Of a DNA stretch of 44,997 nt, positions 41,211-44,997 are shown in pieces. This DNA comes from a virus. The notes under the pieces are model-generated. The model ran no database searches, had not been told where the DNA came from, and saw only the letters and a list, made by a program, of their open reading frames with translations. The DNA lies in IMG/VR virus record IMGVR_UViG_3300005537_000012, positions 1-44,997 of that record. One strand, 5' to 3'. The translations under genes were made by a program, and so were the position numbers. Each line of letters starts with the position of its first letter. The stretch's first letter is position 1.

Positions 41211-42741
41211 CGTTCCCCTCCAGCCCAAGCAGCTCGAAATGTACAACCTGGCTGAACAATCCCAGTTCACGACTATCGGCATCGGCGGGTCAAGAGGTTC
41301 ATCGAAGAGTCATGGCGGCAGGGCAGTCATGCTTCTTCGCCGGCTGAAGTATGCCAACACGGCCGGCGCGATTTTCCGGCGCAAGATGAAACAGATTCGC
41401 AGCAATCATCTGGAGAATGGTTACTTCAAACAGTATCCCTTCATGCGGGAATGGTGGCAAGAATCCAAGCGCACAATCCAGTTGCCTAATGGTTCCCGAA
41501 TCGTATTCATCTGCGCGGAACACCCAGGAGACATTGAAGACTTCCAGGGTGATGAGTACATGGACCTGATGGTTGATGAAGCCGCCCGTGTCACGGAGAA
41601 CGAGCTTGTCAAACTTAACGTGACCAGACGCTGGACCGGCCGGTTTGGCGGCAAGGCCATGGATGACTGGATGTGCAAGACATGGTGGTTGATGAATCCT
41701 GGAGGGCCGGGCCATAACTACATTCGCCGGGTAATGTACAAGAAAGAATTCCATGGTGGCGAGAATCCATCTGCCTACAAGTTTCTTCAGGCTTATGCGT
41801 GGGACAATGTCGAATGGTCTCTATCGCAGCTTGAATCTCGTGGATTGACAGCAAAGGATTATTATTCTTGGTCAGATGAGGAACGGTTCAAGTTTTTCAT
41901 TACTTACACACAGTATGGCCAGGAACTGAACGCACTGCCAAAAAGGTTGCGGCTCGGCTGGCTACTCGGGAATTGGGATGAATTTGCCGGCCAGTTCTAT
42001 GATATTTGGGACCCAGACAAGCACGTTGTTCGCTGTATGCCCGACCGCGAATGGCATCCGCGATGGCTTGCTATTGACTGGGGATTCCAGCACCCTATGG
42101 CTTGTTACTGGATGGCACGGGTTGGAGACAAGACAAAAGTTTACCGCGAGCGGGTGGATAACCTCCACTCAGCTCGGGCTCAGGCGCAGGAAATCGTCGA
42201 CAGGACACCACTTGATGAGAGAAAACTGGTTGACGCAATTTACTTGTCGCCTGACGCTTTTCAGAAGCGCAGTGAGCAAGATTCGTTTGCTGAATTGATG
42301 GGCCAGGTATTTACTCAGTATGGAATGCCGTACCCGACGCCAGCCGATGATGACCGTAAGCATGGTGCTCAGTGCATGTATGACCTGATGAAATACAACC
42401 AGTTGGAAATTGACCCGTCATGCAAAAGTTTGATTGAAACAATCCCGATGGTCTGCACTGAAGAAGATGACCCGGAAGAGATTGAAAAGTTCGATGGGGA
42501 TGATGCCTGGGATGCTTGCCGGTATGGCTTGAAGAGTCGACAGCGCCCTGGAGTTAAACCAGTTGTTGAAGTTGCGACGGAGAAAATCGCTGCATTCGCT
42601 TTGGCTAAGAATAAAGAAGTCGAAGATTTGGATATCAATACACTTGCTCAGTTGCATCGCCGCGCTACACACCAAGAACGAGTGAGACGCGGGAAGCGGC
42701 ACGGCGGGCTTGGAAGAATCTGGCGGCCGCAGTCAGTATAA
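41200..42741 (+). CDS. terL: Terminase large subunit
   Basis: RBS GGAGG 7 nt upstream. Walker A GGSRGSSKS and Walker B DLMVDEA. Nuclease motifs LAIDWGF and GDDAWDACRYG. Confidence 0.85.
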   Translation: MDIDVPLQPKQLEMYNLAEQSQFTTIGIGGSRGSSKSHGGRAVMLLRRLKYANTAGAIFRRKMKQIRSNHLENGYFKQYPFMREWWQESKRTIQLPNGSRIVFICAEHPGDIEDFQGDEYMDLMVDEAARVTENELVKLNVTRRWTGRFGGKAMDDWMCKTWWLMNPGGPGHNYIRRVMYKKEFHGGENPSAYKFLQAYAWDNVEWSLSQLESRGLTAKDYYSWSDEERFKFFITYTQYGQELNALPKRLRLGWLLGNWDEFAGQFYDIWDPDKHVVRCMPDREWHPRWLAIDWGFQHPMACYWMARVGDKTKVYRERVDNLHSARAQAQEIVDRTPLDERKLVDAIYLSPDAFQKRSEQDSFAELMGQVFTQYGMPYPTPADDDRKHGAQCMYDLMKYNQLEIDPSCKSLIETIPMVCTEEDDPEEIEKFDGDDAWDACRYGLKSRQRPGVKPVVEVATEKIAAFALAKNKEVEDLDINTLAQLHRRATHQERVRRGKRHGGLGRIWRPQSV

Positions 42742-42750
42742 GGAGGAGTG

Positions 42751-43218
42751 ATGCCAGCATATCCGGGAGTAGCCGGTTCATTTGTATCGGCGAAGTCTAA
42801 CTTCGGGCCGATAGCTTTGCAGAAAGGTGAAAGTCATTATGTTGTCGGAGCTTTAGCCGCTGGCGCCACTCAACTTCCGGTGAATGATGGCAACGTTACA
42901 TTTGAGAATTTCGCCGGGGCTTCTGAAGCTGTCAACCTTGAAAGTCAACAGGGGGATACAGCGCCGGCTGTATCGGTCGAGGTTTTATTTAATGGAGCTC
43001 CTGGCGCCGGGGAAGTCATAGCCATACAAGAAGCGGAAACGGATGCCGATGGATTCTACATCACACCGTCAAATGCGACATATACAATCAACGCTTTTAA
43101 CGCGAACAACGCCGCTCGAGCCGACTTGGCTCCGACTGGTGGGAAGTTTATGCGGATTACCAGGACTCGTGGCGCAAACGCGGTTGACTGTACTGTGAAA
43201 ATTACGAGGCTCGGATGA
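42751..43218 (+). CDS. Hypothetical beta-rich protein (155 aa)
   Basis: RBS AAGGAGGAG; ORF-track ORF (GTG 42748 or ATG 42751). Confidence 0.5.
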   Translation: MPAYPGVAGSFVSAKSNFGPIALQKGESHYVVGALAAGATQLPVNDGNVTFENFAGASEAVNLESQQGDTAPAVSVEVLFNGAPGAGEVIAIQEAETDADGFYITPSNATYTINAFNANNAARADLAPTGGKFMRITRTRGANAVDCTVKITRLG

Positions 43219-44997
43219 AACGATTATTATCATTAATAATTTTGTTTTGGGCTGCAGTAGTATTTGGCCAAGGGCAAAACTTCCCCCTTCCTGCCAGCGG
43301 CTCGTTGCCGCAAGTGACCTCCAATCCAGTTTGTCCTCCCACGGGAGCAGGACTGTACTTAAATACAGCCACCAATCAGCTCCTTCAATGCAATAACGGC
43401 GTACTCTCAACGGCGACGGGATCGTGGGGGCAGTCCGTAGACGTAACCTTATTTGGCGCAAAGTTTGATGTGCAGGCGTCATTCTCCGCGACGCTTAATA
43501 GCACCGCTACTGTGGTAACAGGTGCGAACGACCCGGCATTTGTTTGCCCAGGCGCCGCGTTCCCCTGTTCTTCCGGTGGCGACGTGGGAAAGATTGCGTT
43601 CGCCGTCCATGCTGCGGCGTCAGGAAACGTCACTGCTACCGACTGCCCAGATACCACTATTTCTCAAGTGACCGCCGCGCATACCGCCGTTCTCGCGGCG
43701 GCCTGCACTGCCTCTGGAACTTCGCAATTTGTTTGGGGCCACGATGACACAACGGCAATACAAGCAGCCGATACCGCGGCCAATGCCAGTTGCGGAAACG
43801 TCCTTTTGCCCGCCGGAAGCACTTTCGTGAATGCGGGATTCGGCAACACCAGCCAGGCAAGCTACTGCCTCATCGGCGGGGGCGGCGCGAGAACGTCCAA
43901 GAGCTGGCTGGGGGCGGGGCGCAACGTCACCCGCATCATTCCCCGGCCGAGCTTCAATTTCAGCACGTCAACCTCCTGCAACGGAATCCTCATCTCGACT
44001 TATAACGGCTGTTTCATGTCGTCGCTGAACACCAACATCTACAACCTGATGATCTGGGGCGTGAACTATGGGCCTTCCGGCAACACGCGCAACGTCGCCG
44101 CTATCACGATGGGCCAGAGCGGGAAAAACAGCACAATGCAAAACGTCGAAGTCAATATGTGGAACGCCACGGATACGACCACAGTTGGCATCGCGGCCAT
44201 CGGCTCAGCAACTGGGTTGATTAACGTTGAAGTAGATGGCGCTGGGAATAGTCCGCTATATGCTGGGGGCGGATGGCTGACGATTACCGGGTCACCTTGC
44301 TTCTTCGGTGACACGCCGACCGGAGTACAGTTCGCAGGTTCGGCAACACTTCCCACGATGTCCTCTGGCTGCGTGTATTCGAGCGATGTGCTCACCGGAA
44401 TCTCGCAGGTATCTGTAATCGGTGGACTGAACAGCACAAATGATACCTTTGGAAGTTTCAACCAAACGCAAGCCGGTGTGCGATGCCTGAGCGTTGGCGG
44501 CACGGGTGTCGTGAACATAGTTAATGGGCAGGTGGATTGCTCCTCATCGCCTACCGGAGCTTTCGCCATGACAATGGCATCCGGCGGCATTATTAGGGCC
44601 ACTCAAACGCAGTTCAAGGCCACGAACACCACGGGCACGGACTTGTTTATCCCCGCCGGGGCAACGTTCATAGACAACGGCGGGAATACGTTTCTCACGA
44701 CTTCGGCCAGCAGCATCGCTGGAAGTTTCCTCAATGAAGCGAACTCGGCGAACCAGGTTCTTGTCACAGCGGCAAAACTAGTTCTGAGTGCCAATTGGGG
44801 AACGAGTGCCGCTGACTCCGCACTCTCGGGCGGAAACTCTCCCATCCAATTCACGATCACGAACGGAAGCGCCGCGACTGGCGCATCGCCAACGATCACC
44901 TATACCTTCCCGACGCCATATAAGATGGCTCCATTCTCCTGCACAGCGACGCAGACTGGCGGAACGAATGCCGTTGGGACGTTCGCCACTTCATCGC
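43215..44997 (+). CDS. Signal-peptide pectate-lyase-fold beta-helix protein (depolymerase/tailspike-like); continues at 1-189, 623 aa in total
   Basis: ATGA coupling. MKRLLSLIILFWAAVVFG|QG. VTLFGAKFD and HDDTTAIQAADTAANASCGNVLLPAGSTF match the pectate_lyase_3-like N-terminus. Open to the window end. Confidence 0.75.
   Translation, partial: MKRLLSLIILFWAAVVFGQGQNFPLPASGSLPQVTSNPVCPPTGAGLYLNTATNQLLQCNNGVLSTATGSWGQSVDVTLFGAKFDVQASFSATLNSTATVVTGANDPAFVCPGAAFPCSSGGDVGKIAFAVHAAASGNVTATDCPDTTISQVTAAHTAVLAAACTASGTSQFVWGHDDTTAIQAADTAANASCGNVLLPAGSTFVNAGFGNTSQASYCLIGGGGARTSKSWLGAGRNVTRIIPRPSFNFSTSTSCNGILISTYNGCFMSSLNTNIYNLMIWGVNYGPSGNTRNVAAITMGQSGKNSTMQNVEVNMWNATDTTTVGIAAIGSATGLINVEVDGAGNSPLYAGGGWLTITGSPCFFGDTPTGVQFAGSATLPTMSSGCVYSSDVLTGISQVSVIGGLNSTNDTFGSFNQTQAGVRCLSVGGTGVVNIVNGQVDCSSSPTGAFAMTMASGGIIRATQTQFKATNTTGTDLFIPAGATFIDNGGNTFLTTSASSIAGSFLNEANSANQVLVTAAKLVLSANWGTSAADSALSGGNSPIQFTITNGSAATGASPTITYTFPTPYKMAPFSCTATQTGGTNAVGTFATSS
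44898..44997. repeat. Terminal direct repeat, copy 2 (identical to 1-100)
   Basis: Same comparison as copy 1. Confidence 0.95.

Noticed and set aside
1-44997. Diversity-generating retroelement, retron or tRNA genes
   Set aside because: No reverse-transcriptase-like ORF, no template/variable repeat pair and no cloverleaf-like sequence was recognised in the intergenic regions. This was a by-eye scan only; tRNAscan-SE would be decisive.

Overview
The window is a complete dsDNA tailed-phage genome. Nt 1-100 are identical to nt 44898-44997, so the unique length is 44,897 bp and the contig is circular or circularly permuted. An ORF reads through the junction in frame.

The genome has two divergent transcription arms that leave one control region (about 38971-39406) and meet at a bidirectional terminator (23233-23264).

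- Rightward (+) late arm, 39407 -> junction -> 23205: terS, small ORFs, HNH nuclease, terL, a beta-helix protein, portal, scaffold, major capsid protein, a podovirus/T7-like run of tail and internal-virion-like proteins, a lysis cassette with an M15 endolysin, a second beta-helix protein, and a membrane/OMP-like protein.
- Leftward (-) early arm, 38970 -> 23311: Xis-like HTH, Prim-Pol/helicase, small ORFs, a roughly 500-nt non-coding structured region, C5-MTase, dNMP kinase, ThyA homologue, dCMP deaminase, family-A DNA polymerase, VRR-NUC nuclease, MazG-like NTP-PPase, SNF2 helicase, and a possible Gam-like protein.

I recognised no integrase, RNA polymerase, tRNA or CRISPR array.

Observations most worth follow-up:
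1. The PolA catalytic motif C hairpin (VHDE) sits upstream of motif A instead of near the C-terminus.
2. The ThyA homologue carries the Asn->Asp substrate switch (dCMP-type) inside a T4-like pyrimidine-modification gene set.
3. A GC-normal intergenic region of about 507 nt has many nested long-range helices and is a candidate large structured RNA.
4. The control region holds at least 10 copies of a GAGTATC heptamer plus an AT-rich palindrome.
5. Several late proteins, including both beta-helix 'tailspike-like' proteins, carry Sec-type signal peptides.
6. An OmpX/Lom-sized beta-barrel-like domain is fused in frame to a two-TM segment.

All functional calls rest on motif recognition by eye; no database search was possible.
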